A stretch of 64,000 nt of DNA, taken from positions 582,118,001-582,182,000 of the forward strand of contig NW_027362761.1 in assembly GCF_046119375.1 (NCBI RefSeq). Direction: 5' to 3'. Both the position numbers and the translations under genes were made by a program. The stretch comes from Phyllobates terribilis. Taxonomy: Eukaryota. The stretch's first letter is position 1; each line of letters opens with the position of its first letter. Shown here piece by piece: positions 1 to 11,179 of the stretch. The notes beneath the pieces were generated by a model, which was not told the origin of the DNA, ran no database searches, and saw nothing but the letters and a program-made list of their open reading frames with translations.

Positions 1-735
1 GTACTCCTCAATACACTGATAAGACAGAGAGTACACCTCAATCTATCCCTTCCCTAACCTTGAATGGCGACTTTACAGTACGACTCACCACGGCACCCTG
101 ACTGACAGCAGAACCCCTCCTTATGAGGTTTCTCTGTATAAGACGAAGAGTACCCCTCAATCCGTCTTCTTTCCTACTACGGCACCACCCGTCAGTGTAG
201 AGTACACCTCAATACACTGATGAGATAGAGAGTACACCTCAATCTATCTCCTTTCCTAACTTTGACTTTACAGCAGTCTCTGTGGTAGACGAAGAGCACT
301 TCTCAATTCGTCACAGATCCTTTCTCCCTTACACTACAATTCAGGAATGCTTTGAAACCTCGACTATCAGTTACGGGAGGCAGCTATCTAAAGAGAGTTC
401 AGTGACCGGAGGAGGAGGAGATGGTGTTCACACGAGCACGCGCAGGCATGCGACGTCACTCGTTTTAACACTTGCTGGTTCAGGACGTGGTGCGGGACGC
501 CTAAGGTCTCACCACTCGACCGATCACCCACCCAGATCCAACCTGACAACCCAACAGGAACCGCTGCGGCTGACACACAGGCAAGTGAGACATATAAAAT
601 ACATCTCAACTTACCGTGTTCGATGGAGGTTGATCAGGCCTCAAATTCAGCCACCGCAGTCACCACCAGGGAAATCAGCGATATGGGTCCGGGAGGGCGG
701 CGTACCGCTAGCCACGCCGCACGTTGAGCGCCATT
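1..735 (-). mobile_element. Leader region of a probable endogenous retrovirus/LTR retroelement (PBS, major splice donor, leader repeats); element continues off the left edge
   Basis: Minus strand 733-716 reads TGGCGCTCAACGTGCGGC, 16/18 to the tRNA-Lys1,2 PBS (TGGCGCCCAACGTGGGGC), 2 nt after the LTR-terminal CA. ACG|GTAAGT donor at 614-609. Degenerate GAGTACACCTCAAT repeats in 1-310. No gag/pol in the window. Confidence 0.7.
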
Positions 736-1253
736 TGTGGGGGTCGTGATGACATTCCACTCGTCCTCCAGTCACTCCAAATTCAAACTATGAGCATGGG
801 TCAACCATTCAAAGAATGAGTCAGACAACAAGCTGGTTCAAACTCAGAGCACGCTCAAAAGACTACTACAGACAACGTTCTCAGCAATGTTCTGTGTTTA
901 TTCCTACATACACAAACCTAAATACACTACATAATGGGAGGGGAAAGAGGTTGTCCGGAGCGGGGTAAGCCATGAAAGTCCAGTGTCTGGCCACTCCTGA
1001 TTGGTCCACATCTCCTTATCTCAGTCTCTGGGCAGATATTGCAGCCGTCAGCTTATAATCTTTTTCGTTTCTCTGAAATAAGTCTTGGCAACACTGGAAC
1101 TGTCTTAGTTTAAGTTTCGATTTGAGTAATATGTAGCAAGGAAAGCTTATTGTTATAAGACACAAAATGGTGGTTAGTACATTAGCAAAAAAGCGTATAA
1201 AAGTTACAAAAGTATAAAAGTTACAAAAATATATATTCTCTTTTACCCCGACA
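736..1253 (-). mobile_element. 5' LTR (518 bp)
   Basis: Minus strand begins TGTCGGGG (1253) and ends CCCCCACA (736), imperfect terminal inverted repeats. TATAA at 1057-1053, AATAAA at 902-897, PBS directly downstream. Confidence 0.75.
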
Positions 1254-1710
1254 GTACCTGCAATATGAGCTCCGAGTCTGTTCTTGAACTCCTGTATATT
1301 GGGAGAATCTCCAGTGCGACTGCCCTTTGGATGAGCCTTGCTAGGGACATATGGTACATCTGCCTGTCACTCAGGCAGGGTTGACAACTCGACTTGTTAT
1401 TTACTCTGGTCAGCTTATCAAAAAATCATGGACAGACGAGCACATTGGAAAATCATAATAAATCATTATAACTGATCCATTGTCTACATCCCAAAATTCT
1501 GATATGAAGACATCACTATAAACTGTGAAATGATAAATACAGTCATAAAAAATCTGTAAAAGTTTCTTCAGCCTCAAAAAAAAATCACAAAAGTCTAAAA
1601 AATTTTATGGACAGGGCAAAAAAGGGCCCGATTTTTACGGACTGTCCTGACGACAACACATTGATACATAAACTACAATCACAACATACGACATAAATAA
1701 GACGTAATAA

Positions 1711-1803
1711 TCATCTAATATCTGGTACAATCACTGATCGCCCTCCATACTCCCCAGAACACACCGCAGACACGTGAAGAAGAAGCACAATGAGGGGCAA
1801 CAT
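1711..1803 (-). CDS. Candidate signal-peptide (leader) exon of an unidentified gene
   Basis: ATG at 1803 gives MLPLIVLLLHVSAVCSG(EYGGRSVIVPDIR*). After 49 nt the sequence is G|GGGAGT, one base from a G|GTGAGT donor. GC box (1905-1910) and CCAAT boxes (1923-1927, 1947-1951) lie upstream. Confidence 0.3.
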   Translation of the reverse strand: MLPLIVLLLHVSAVCSGEYGGRSVIVPDIR

Positions 1804-2070
1804 CCTCCTCCTGATATATGGGGGGACCCCGAGGAGGAGAACGTACAGTAAGTGTCAACCAAGACAGACACAATGTATCAGTATCACAGTCACTGTACAC
1901 TGGAGGGCGGAGCTCCGCTCTGATTGGACAGGAGGTGCAGCTTCCTCCAATAGGAGAATGAATCTCCAGCTGATCAGCAGTTACCGGGCAGAGGGAGGAC
2001 GGAGAGTTGAGACGCTGGAGGAAGCGAAAGTGAAAGCTGGAGATTTTCTAGGAATAATGTAAATAGCCTC

Positions 2071-2181
2071 TTAAAGGGAATCTGTCACCCCCCTGGGCGA
2101 TATCAGACCTCTACTATGGCCATACAGGGTATAGAAAAGTAACTCTATACACACCTGTATGGCCCATAGTAGAGGTCTGAT
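2071..2181. mobile_element. End of a TTAA-type (T2/Kolobok-like) MITE with an internal hairpin
   Basis: TTAAAGGGAATCTGTCA terminus at 2071; inverted arms ATCAGACCTCTACTATGG...CCATAGTAGAGGTCTGAT spanning 2102-2181. Confidence 0.5.
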
Positions 2182-2533
2182 TGCAGAGAAATCTGTTTTT
2201 ATAAAGTCTGTTTTCCAGAGGCTTGGCGTCCCCCTCCTATCTGCTTATTATTCCCCTAAATCGCCGCCTCTGTGATAAATTATCATATCCCCCCCTCCCC
2301 TGCACATCGCCGCAGTCTTGTATTGCGCAAGCGCCGGGGAGTCACTGAGACTTCCACTCCAGTGATCCCCGGAGCATATCGGGAAGGTCTGGTCCCCATG
2401 TCCACTCTCCAGCCTGAATCTTTCCGGCCATACGATCTATATATAAAAGCACATATGTGTGTGTATATACTGTATATATATATAAAAATGTGTGTGTGTA
2501 TATACATCCACACATATATACTGTATGTATGTA

Positions 2534-4157
2534 CAGTGGGGAAATAAAGTATTTAGTCGGCCACCAATTGTGCAAGTTCTCGCACTTAAAAAGATGAGAG
2601 AGGCCTGTAATTGACATCATAGGTCGACCTCAACTATGAGAGACAAAATGAGAAAACAAATCCTGAAAATCACATTGTCTGATTTGGAAAGAATTTTTTT
2701 TCAAATTTTGGTGGAAAATAAGTATTTGGCTAATTACAAAAGTTCATCTCAATACTTTGTTATATATCCTTTGTTGGCAATGACAGAGGTGAAACGTTTT
2801 CTGTAAGTCTTCATAAGGTTGGCACACACTGTTGCTGGTATGTTGGCCCATTCCTCCCTGCAGATCTCATCTAGAGCAGTGATGTTTTGGGGCTGTCGCT
2901 GGGCAACACGGACTTTCAACTCCCTCCAAAGGTTTTCTATAGGGTTTAGATCTGGAGACTGGCTAGGCCACTCCAGGACCTTGAAATGCTTATTACGAAG
3001 CCACTCCTTCGTTTCCCTGGCAGTGTGCTTGGGATCATTGTCATGCTGAAAGACCCAGCCATGTTTCATCTTCAATGCCCTTGCTTATGGAAAGAGGTTT
3101 GCACTCAAAATCTCACGATACATGGCCCCATTCATTCATTCATGTACACGGATCAGTCATCCTGGTCCCTTGGCAGAGAAACTGCCCCAAAGCATGATGT
3201 TGCCACCCCCATGCTTCACAGTAGGTATGGTGTTCTTTGGATGCAACTCAGCATTCTTTCTCCTGCAAACACGACAAGTTGTGTTTCTACCTAACAGTTC
3301 TACTTTGGTTTCATCTGACCATATGACATTCTCCCAATACTCTTCTGGATCATCCAAATGCTCTCTAGCAAACTTCAGATGGGCCTGGACATGTAATGGC
3401 TTAAGCAGGGGGACACATTTGGCACTGCAGGATCTGAGTCCCTGGTGGGTAGTGTGTTACTGATTGTAGCCTGTGTAATGTTGGTCCCAGCTCTCTGCAG
3501 GTCATTCACTAGGTCCCCCATGTGGTTCTGGGATTTTTGCTCACCATTCTTGAGATCATTTTGACCACATGGGGTGAGATCTTGTGTGGAGCCCCAGATC
3601 AAGGGAGATTATCAGTGGTCTTGTATGTCTTCCATTTTCTAATTATTGCTCCCACAGTTGATTTCTTCACACCAAGCTGCTCCTATTGCAGATTCAGTCT
3701 TTCCAGCCTGGTGCAGGGCTACAATTTTGTTTCTGGTGTCCTTTGACAGCTCTTTGGTCTTCACCATAGAGTGTGACTGTTTGAGGTTGCGGACAGGTGT
3801 CTTTTATACAGATAACAAGTTCAAACAGGCGCCAGAACTACAGGTAATGAGTGGAGGACAGAGGAGCCAGTACTACAGGTAATGAGTGGAGGACAGAGGA
3901 GCCTCTTAAAGAAGAAGTTACAGGTCTGTGAGAGACATAAATCTTGCTTGTTTGTAATTGACGAAATACTTATTTTCCACCAAAATTTTAAAAAAATTTC
4001 TTTCCAAATCAGATAATGTGATTTTCAGGATTTGTTTTCTCATTTTGTCTCTCATAGTTGAGGTCGACCTATGATGTCAATTACAGGCCTCTCTCATCTT
4101 TTTAAGTGGGAGAATTTGCACAATTGGTGGCTGACTAAATACGTTTTTGCCCCGCTG
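2534..4157 (-). mobile_element. Tc1 DD34E transposon (Eagle/Glan-like), 1624 bp, degenerate
   Basis: ~200-bp TIRs starting CAGTGGGGAAATAAAGTATTTAGTC, TA on both flanks (2532-33, 4158-59). Confidence 0.92.
2749..3767 (-). pseudogene. Frameshifted Tc1 DD34E transposase
   Basis: Starts MVKTKELSKDTRNKIV at 3767, split over several frames; motifs [20 protein letters not shown]...SPDLNPIE (34-residue D-E spacing). Confidence 0.9.
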
Positions 4158-4175
4158 TATACACACACATATATA

Positions 4176-5786
4176 CAGTACAGGCCAAAAGTTTGGACAC
4201 ACCTTCTCATTTAAAGATTTTTCTGTATTTTCATGACTATGAAAATTGTACATTCACACTGAAGGCATCAAAACTATGAATTAACACATGTGGAATTATA
4301 TACTTAACAAAAAAGTGTGAAACAACTGAAAATATGTCTTATATTCTAGGTTCTTCAAAGTAGCCACCTTTTGCTTTGATGACTGCTTTGCACACTCTTG
4401 GCATTCTCTTGATGAGCTACAAGAGGTAGTCACCGGAAATGGTCTTCCAACAATCTTGAAGGAGTTCCCAGAGATGCTTAGCACATGTTGGCCCTTTTGC
4501 CTTCACTCTGCGGTCCAGCTCAACCCAAACCATCTTGATTGGGTTCAGGTCTGGTGACTGTGGAGACCAGGTCATCTGGCGTAGCACCCCATCACTCTCC
4601 CTCTTGGTCAAATAGCCCTTACACAGCCTGGAGGTGTGTTTGGGGTCATTGTCCTGTTGAAAAATAAATGATGGTCCAACTAAACGCAAACCAGATGGAA
4701 TAACATGCCGCTGCAAGATGCTGTGGTAGCCATGCTGGTTCAGTATGCCTTCAATTTTGAATAAATCCCCAACAGTGTCACCAGCAAAGCACCCCCACAC
4801 CATCACACCTCCTCCTCCATGCTTCACACTGGGAACCAGGCATGTAGAGTCCATCCGTTCACCTTTTCTGCGTCGCACAAAGACACGGTGGCTGGAACCA
4901 AAGATCCCAAATTTGGACTCATCAGACCAAAGCACAGATTTCCACTGGTCTAATGTCCATTCCTTGTGTTCTTTAGCCCAAACAAGTCTCTTCTGCTTGT
5001 TGCCTGTCCTCATCAGTGGTTTCCTAGCAGCTATTTTACCATGAAGGCCTGCTGCACAAAGTCTCCTCTTAACAGTTGTTGAAGAGATGTGTCTGCTGCT
5101 AGAACTCTGTGTGGCATTGACCTCGTCTCTAATCTGAGCTGCTGTTAACCTGCGATATCTGAGGCTGGTGACTCGGATAAACATATCCTCAGAAGCAGAG
5201 GTGACTCTTGGTCTTCCTTTCCTGGGGCGGTCCTCATGTGAGCCAATTTCTTTGTAGCGCTTGATGGTTTTTGCAACTGCACTTGGGGACACTTTCAAAG
5301 TTTGCCCAATTTTTTGAACTGACTGCCCTTCATTTCTTAAAGTAATGATGGCCACTCGTTTTTCTTTACTTAGCTGCTTTTTTCTTGCCATAATACAAAT
5401 TCTAACAGTCTATTCAGTAGGACTATCAGCTGTGTATCCACCAGACTTCTGCACAACACAACTGATGGTCCCAACCCCATTTATAAGGCAAGAAATCCCA
5501 CTTATTAAACCTGACAGGGCACACCTGTGAAGTGAAAACCATTTCCGGTGACTACCTCTTGAAGCTCATCAAGAGAATGCCAAGAGTGTGCAAAGCAGTC
5601 ATCAAAGGAAAAAGGTGGCTACTTTGAAGAACCTAGAATATAAGACATATTTTCAGTTGTTTCACACTTTTTTGTTAAGTATATAATTCCACATGTGTTA
5701 ATTCATAGTTTTGATGCCTTCAGTGTGAATGTACAATTTTCATAGTCATGAAAATACAGAAAAATCTTTAAATGAGAAGGTGTGTC
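4176..5786 (-). mobile_element. DD38E (Intruder-type) Tc1-like element, copy 1; right end runs into the gap
   Basis: TA|CAGTACAGGCCAAAAGTTTGGACAC; ~260-bp TIRs (4176-4439 and 5539 to the gap). Confidence 0.9.
4339..5391 (-). pseudogene. DD38E transposase with premature stop and catalytic E>K
   Basis: Collinear with the 6349-7401 ORF. TAG at 4417-4419 where copy 2 has AAG; NPIK instead of NPIE; about 19 amino-acid differences from copy 2. Confidence 0.9.
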
Positions 5787-5942
5787 NNNNNNNNNNNNNN
5801 NNNNNNNNNNNNNNNNNNNNNNNNNNNNNNNNNNNNNNNNNNNNNNNNNNNNNNNNNNNNNNNNNNNNNNNNNNNNNNNNNNNNNNNNNNNNNNNNNNNN
5901 NNNNNNNNNNNNNNNNNNNNNNNNNNNNNNNNNNNNNNNNNN
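5787..5942. other. Assembly gap (156 N)
   Basis: Run of N between two TIRs. Confidence 1.
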
Positions 5943-7561
5943 ACCAAAAGTTTGGACACACCATCTCATTTAAAGATTTTTCTGTATTTTCATGTCTATG
6001 AAAATTGTACATTCACACTGAAGGCATCAAAACTATGAATTAACACATGTGGAATTATATACTTAACAAAAAAGTGTGAAACAACTGAAAATATGTCTTA
6101 TATTCTAGGTTCTTCAAAGTAGCCACCTTTTGCTTTATTGACTGCTTTGCACACTCTTGGCATTCTCTTGATGAGCTTCAAGAGGTAGTCACCGGAAACG
6201 GTTTTCACTTCACAGGTGTGTCCTGTCAGGTTTAATAAGTGGGATTTCTTGCCTTATAAATGGGGTTGGGACCATCAGTTGTGTTGTGCAGAAGTCAGGT
6301 GGATACACAGCTGATAGTCCTACTGAATAGACTGTGAGAATTAGTATTATGGCAAGAAAAAAGCAGCTAAGTAAAGAAAAACGAGTGGCCATCATTACTT
6401 TAAGAAATGAAGGTCAGTCAGTCCGAAAAATTGGGCAAACTTTGACAGTGTCCCCAAGTGCAGTTGCAAAAACCATCAAGCGCTACAAAGAAACTGGCTC
6501 ACATGAGGACCGCCCCAGGAAAGGAAGACCAAGAGTCACCTCTGCTTCTGAGGATATGTTTATCCGAGTCACCAGCCTCAGAAATCGCAGGTTAACAGCA
6601 GCTCAGATTAGAGACCAGGTCAATGCCACACAGAGTTCTAGCAGCAGACACATCTCTTCAACAACTGTTAAGAGGAGACTTTGTGCAGCAGACCTTCATG
6701 GTAAAATAGCTGCTAGGAAACCACTGCTAAGGACAGGCAACAAGCAGAAGAGACTTGTTTGGGCTAAAGAACACAAGGAATGGACATTAGACCAGTGGAA
6801 ATCTGTGCTTTGGTCTGATGAGTCCAAATTTGAGATCTTTGGTTCCAACCACCGTGTCTTTGTGCGACGCAGAAAAGGTGAACGGATGGACTCTACATGC
6901 CTGGTTCCCACCGTGAAGCATGGAGGAGGAGGTGTGATGGTGTGGGGGTGCTTTGCTGGTGACACTGTTGGGGATTTATTCAAAATTGAAGGCATACTGA
7001 ACCAGCATGGCTACCACAGCATCTTGCAGCGGCATGCTATTCCATCCGGTTTGCGTTTAGTTGGATCATCATTTATTTTTCAAAAGGACAATGACCCCAA
7101 ACACACCTCCAGGCTGTGTAAGGGCTATTTGACCAAGAAGGAGAGTGATGGGGTGCTACGCCAGATGACCTGGCCTCCACAGTCACCAGACCTGAACCCA
7201 ATCGAGATGGTTTGGGGTGAGCTGGACCGCAGAGTGAAGGCCAAAGGGCCAACAAGTGCTAAGCATCTCTGGGAACTCCTTCAAGATTGTTGGAAGACCA
7301 TTTCCGGTGACTACCTCTTGAAGCTCATCAAGAGAATGCCAAGAGTGTGCAAAGCAGTCATCAAAGCAAAAGGTGGCTACTTTGAAGAACCTAGAATATA
7401 AGACATATTTTCAGTTGTTTCACACTTTTTTGTTAAGTATATAATTCCACATGTGTTAATTCATAGTTTTGATGCCTTCAGTGTGAATGTACAATTTTCA
7501 TAGTCATGAAAATACAGAAAAATCTTTAAATGAGGTGTGTCCAAACTTTTGGTCTGTACTG
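5943..7561 (+). mobile_element. DD38E (Intruder-type) Tc1-like element, copy 2
   Basis: Left TIR 5943-6198 (outer bases lost in the gap); right TIR 7301-7561 ending GGTCTGTACTG|TA. Confidence 0.92.
6349..7401 (+). CDS. Intact 350-aa Tc1-like transposase with DD38E triad
   Basis: MARKKQLSKE...GGYFEEPRI*; paired-like HTH with GRPR linker; WSDESKF, VKHGGG, QKDNDPKH...SPDLNPIE with 38 residues between D and E. Confidence 0.93.
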   Translation: MARKKQLSKEKRVAIITLRNEGQSVRKIGQTLTVSPSAVAKTIKRYKETGSHEDRPRKGRPRVTSASEDMFIRVTSLRNRRLTAAQIRDQVNATQSSSSRHISSTTVKRRLCAADLHGKIAARKPLLRTGNKQKRLVWAKEHKEWTLDQWKSVLWSDESKFEIFGSNHRVFVRRRKGERMDSTCLVPTVKHGGGGVMVWGCFAGDTVGDLFKIEGILNQHGYHSILQRHAIPSGLRLVGSSFIFQKDNDPKHTSRLCKGYLTKKESDGVLRQMTWPPQSPDLNPIEMVWGELDRRVKAKGPTSAKHLWELLQDCWKTISGDYLLKLIKRMPRVCKAVIKAKGGYFEEPRI

Positions 7562-8262
7562 TATATGGGTGATCACTTTGTAGAGAACCTGTCCACTTTT
7601 ATTCCACTTCTACATCGCATTGGATGAAGAAGAAAAGTGCCATAGGTGTCGCTCTGGTGCCATACACAGTAAAAGTATCTCTTTCTTTTGTGTTCCCCCA
7701 CAGTAACAGTATCCCCAAAAATATAATAAAGTACAACAGTAATGTCCTCCCTTGTGACACCTTCACAATAGAAATGTCCTCCCCTGTGGCCCTCACACAG
7801 TGTTTAATACTTATGTCCTCTTTTGTGGTTCCGATACAATAGTAACATTCCCTTTTGTGCCACCAATGTCTGTACTTATGTCCAAACTCTGCCTCCCTCC
7901 CCAGTCGCACCCATTTAGTAGTAACATCCTCCATTTTATTATAGGCACTTAAGTGCTAATACTAATGTTGTCTTTTACATGGGTATAATTACATTGGTAC
8001 CAATTTTGGCATATTACCTCTAATGTATTATAGTCGCTTTATTTACTGTGCACTTTTGGTGTGCGGCCATTATCATGACTCCTGCTGTGAATTCTCTGCA
8101 TTTATCTCTCTGTACATTTGTACCATTGTGTATTATTTAGTCTCAGGCTTAGCCTGTATATTCATTCTTTACTTACCATACAATTATGACTAAGCTGAGG
8201 GCTTGAGTGCCATTACTGCACCCTTAGTCCTACCAACCTGTATTTAGCTTCTATTAGCCTCC

Positions 8263-10330
8263 TGATACTGGGGTGTATCTAGAGTGGGGGAAAGTGGGGC
8301 ATTTTCCCCGGGTGCAGCTGGCAAGGGGGGTGCCATCGGGTCATCTGACTCGGTGGTCCGAGGTGTCTCCCCGTCAACTGCATTTTGACACCTCCCCTGT
8401 CCATAGTGGGATTTGGCCATTTTCCGAGTTGTCAAACTGACAGCAGGCTCAGAGAAGGAGTAAAGCACCGGCTACCAACAATTGTACTCGCTTCTTTCAA
8501 GCGGGTCAGAGCGAGGCCAGCAGCACGATCAGGTCACCTGATCACTCTACTGATGTCACTCTCTGGTGCCACAGATGAGCAAAGAACATGGGTCAGATAA
8601 GCACTGCAATGAGGCTGAAGAATCTGAAGACTTTTTGTAATTGGGGGGATGATTGTAGAAACAGTATGGGGAGTAGTGGGGGGTGAATGGTGGTGAAAGC
8701 AGTATGGGGAGCAAGTAGAGAAATGGCTGTGGAAAAAGTATGGGGAGCAGGGTGGAATGGTTGCGGAAAACGTATTTGGAATGGGGGGAGAATGATTGCG
8801 GAAACAGTATGGGGAGAGGCAGAAGGGGGATGTAGGATAAGACAGTGAGGGGAGCAGATAGGAGCGCGAATGGTTGTGGAAACAGCATGCATAGTGGGGG
8901 AGATATGTGAGGTAACAGTATTAGTAGTTCGAGGGGAATGGGTGCAGACACAGTAAGAAGAAGGGGGATGTATGAGGAGACAGTATGGTGAGAAAGGGGG
9001 GAAATGTGTGAGGAGACTGAATGGGGAGTAAGAGGTGAATATGTGAGGAGACAGTATGGAGTGCAGATGGGATCTGTGTGGAGACTTTATGGGGAATGTG
9101 GAATCTGTGGGCAAACAGTAGAGCGGCGGAATGGATGGAGAAACAATATGTGGAGGGGTATGTATGGAGAGTGGGGGGATGTGTGAAGAGACAGTATGAG
9201 GTAGGGGTAAATATGCGAGGAGAATATTGAGGGCAATCGTGTGACGAGACAGTATGGGGAGCAAAGTGTGAGGGGGCACAGAATAGAGACTGGGTAGTGG
9301 GGTCAGTATAAAGAGGGGGCAGCACGTGGGGACAGTGTGAGGGCACAGTAAGGAGGAGACAGTACGTCAGGGAGGGGGAAAGTGATGAGGAGGAAAAGTA
9401 TAGAGACTGGGCCCTATAAGACCCAGTGTGAGGGGATAGTGTGAAAAGGGGACCCAGTTTGGAAATGAGAGGGCAGTGTGGAAGGAACGTACCATAAGAG
9501 GGACAGTATGAGGGTCATATTTTGTGCAGGGAACACAGTGAGGGGCAATTATTTTTTCAGGGGCTCAGTGTAGGGCAGATATTTTTATTCAGGAACATTA
9601 TAATGACACTGCTATTCTTAAGAGCATTGTGTTGGGATGTGCTGCAGAAGAGTGGAGAAGTCTGCAGAGATGAGCTATGAATGTGAAACTCATCATGGCA
9701 TATAGACAAGATGAAGAAGAAAAGAAAGAGAATGACTCTGATCAGAGAAGATGTAAGATAAGGTACCTGGATATAAATGTTTAGCTGTGATTCTGACTAC
9801 ATCTCATCAGTACTGTGGTTCCTGTATGGTCCGCAGTCTGATGATGACTGATAAGAATTCCCAGTATCTCCTTAACATTTATAAGAACGCACTAAAAATT
9901 GTAGGTTCATGCGAAACAAATGTATATGGGGCTGACATGACATTACAATTGATGTATCATGTATTGATGGTAGTTCAAGTGATGTCTTCATGTACTCATT
10001 GTTGTCATAGTGATATATTCATCTACTGATGGTGGTTCGGTATTCATGTACTGATAGCGGCTCTGGTGATTTATTAATGTACTAATGGTGGTTCTTGTGA
10101 TGTATTTCTGTACTAAAGGAGGTTCTAGTGATGTTTTTCTGTACTCATTGTGGATCTGATGATGTATTCATGCACTGATAGTGGTTCTGGTGATTTATTC
10201 ATGTACTGATGGTGGTTCTTGTGATGTAATTCTGTACTAAATGGCTTACTTATAGGCAATTATATGGAAATAATTATAATACATAAGCCATGTAATACAC
10301 TAGTGGCACTTAGAATTAGATACTCAGATT
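8263..10330. mobile_element. Probable old non-autonomous composite element with GA-rich (about 8650-9540) and ~30-bp (about 9970-10240) degenerate repeats
   Basis: Degenerate terminal motifs (GGTGTATCTAG... / ...TAGATAC) and internal ACAGTATGGGGAG and GTATTCATGTACTGATGGTGGTTC repeats; boundaries approximate, no TSD found. Confidence 0.35.
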
Positions 10331-10685
10331 GTACACGTTAAGTATTTGGTGCAGATTTTTCCCCACTCATTACTATGAGTAAAATCTGCAACAAAAACGC
10401 TGAATTGACAATATGCACCAAATCTGCAAGTCACAACTAAGCAGAGTGTGCATGAGACTTCAGGATTCCCTTCAGGTTTTGTGACAAATCTGCTAAGAAA
10501 AAAATGGGACAAAAACGTGATAAATCTGCAACGTGTGCACAGGCCCTTATACGATCTATTACATGAGCACAGATTGATTCACTGCCATATGTGGATAACA
10601 CTATGTGAGGGAGAGCTTTTTTCTTTGTAGCTCTCCTCTGTTGAACCATCTCTGACACTCTATAATAATACATGAGGATATATTA

Positions 10686-10743
10686 TTAATAATAATAATT
10701 TTTATTTATATAGCGCCAACATATTCCGCAGCACTTTACAATT
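10686..10743 (-). mobile_element. 3' end of an L2/CR1-clade LINE with (ATT)n tail
   Basis: Minus strand TTGTAAAGTGCTGCGGAATATGTTGGCGCTATATAAATAAAAATTATTATT; near-identical to 31062-31111. Confidence 0.55.
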
Positions 10744-11091
10744 AAGTGGGGATATATTAGACTATAGCGTGCAAAACATTCTACTACAGTAAATTATAGC
10801 TTGAATATTTTAATTGCACTAATAAAAAAGTTTAGAAAAAAGTTTTTTCCACTTTTATCAGTGATTGTGATTCTAACCAACTTGGTGTTTATCTAATTCA
10901 TATTGAGAAATAAAACTACGAATTATGGAATAAACCTTTTAAATAGATGAATCTTCAAATTTACTAAGTTTCTCGGGTGTATTCATCCTAATTTAAGAAT
11001 TAGCATGTCCAGAAAAAAAAACAACAAATAACGGAAAACAGATTTATCTTAAAGAAAACTGAAGCCCTCATTTAGTCAATTTGTGGCCTTA

Positions 11092-11179
11092 GGCTACGGT
11101 CACACGTTCAGTATTTGGTCAGTATTTTGCATCAGTATTTGTAAGCCAAAACCTGAATACTGAACGTGTGACTGTAGCC
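11092..11179. mobile_element. 88-bp PIF/Harbinger-type mini-MITE
   Basis: 24-bp TIR GGCTACGGTCACACGTTCAGTATT (1 mismatch), TTA target duplication on both sides. Confidence 0.75.

Noticed and set aside
282-749. 155-aa plus-strand ORF
   Set aside because: Antisense to the retroviral leader, GTG start, no recognisable motif.
5703-6038. ORFs spanning N runs (also 35666-36018)
   Set aside because: Artefacts of translating assembly gaps.
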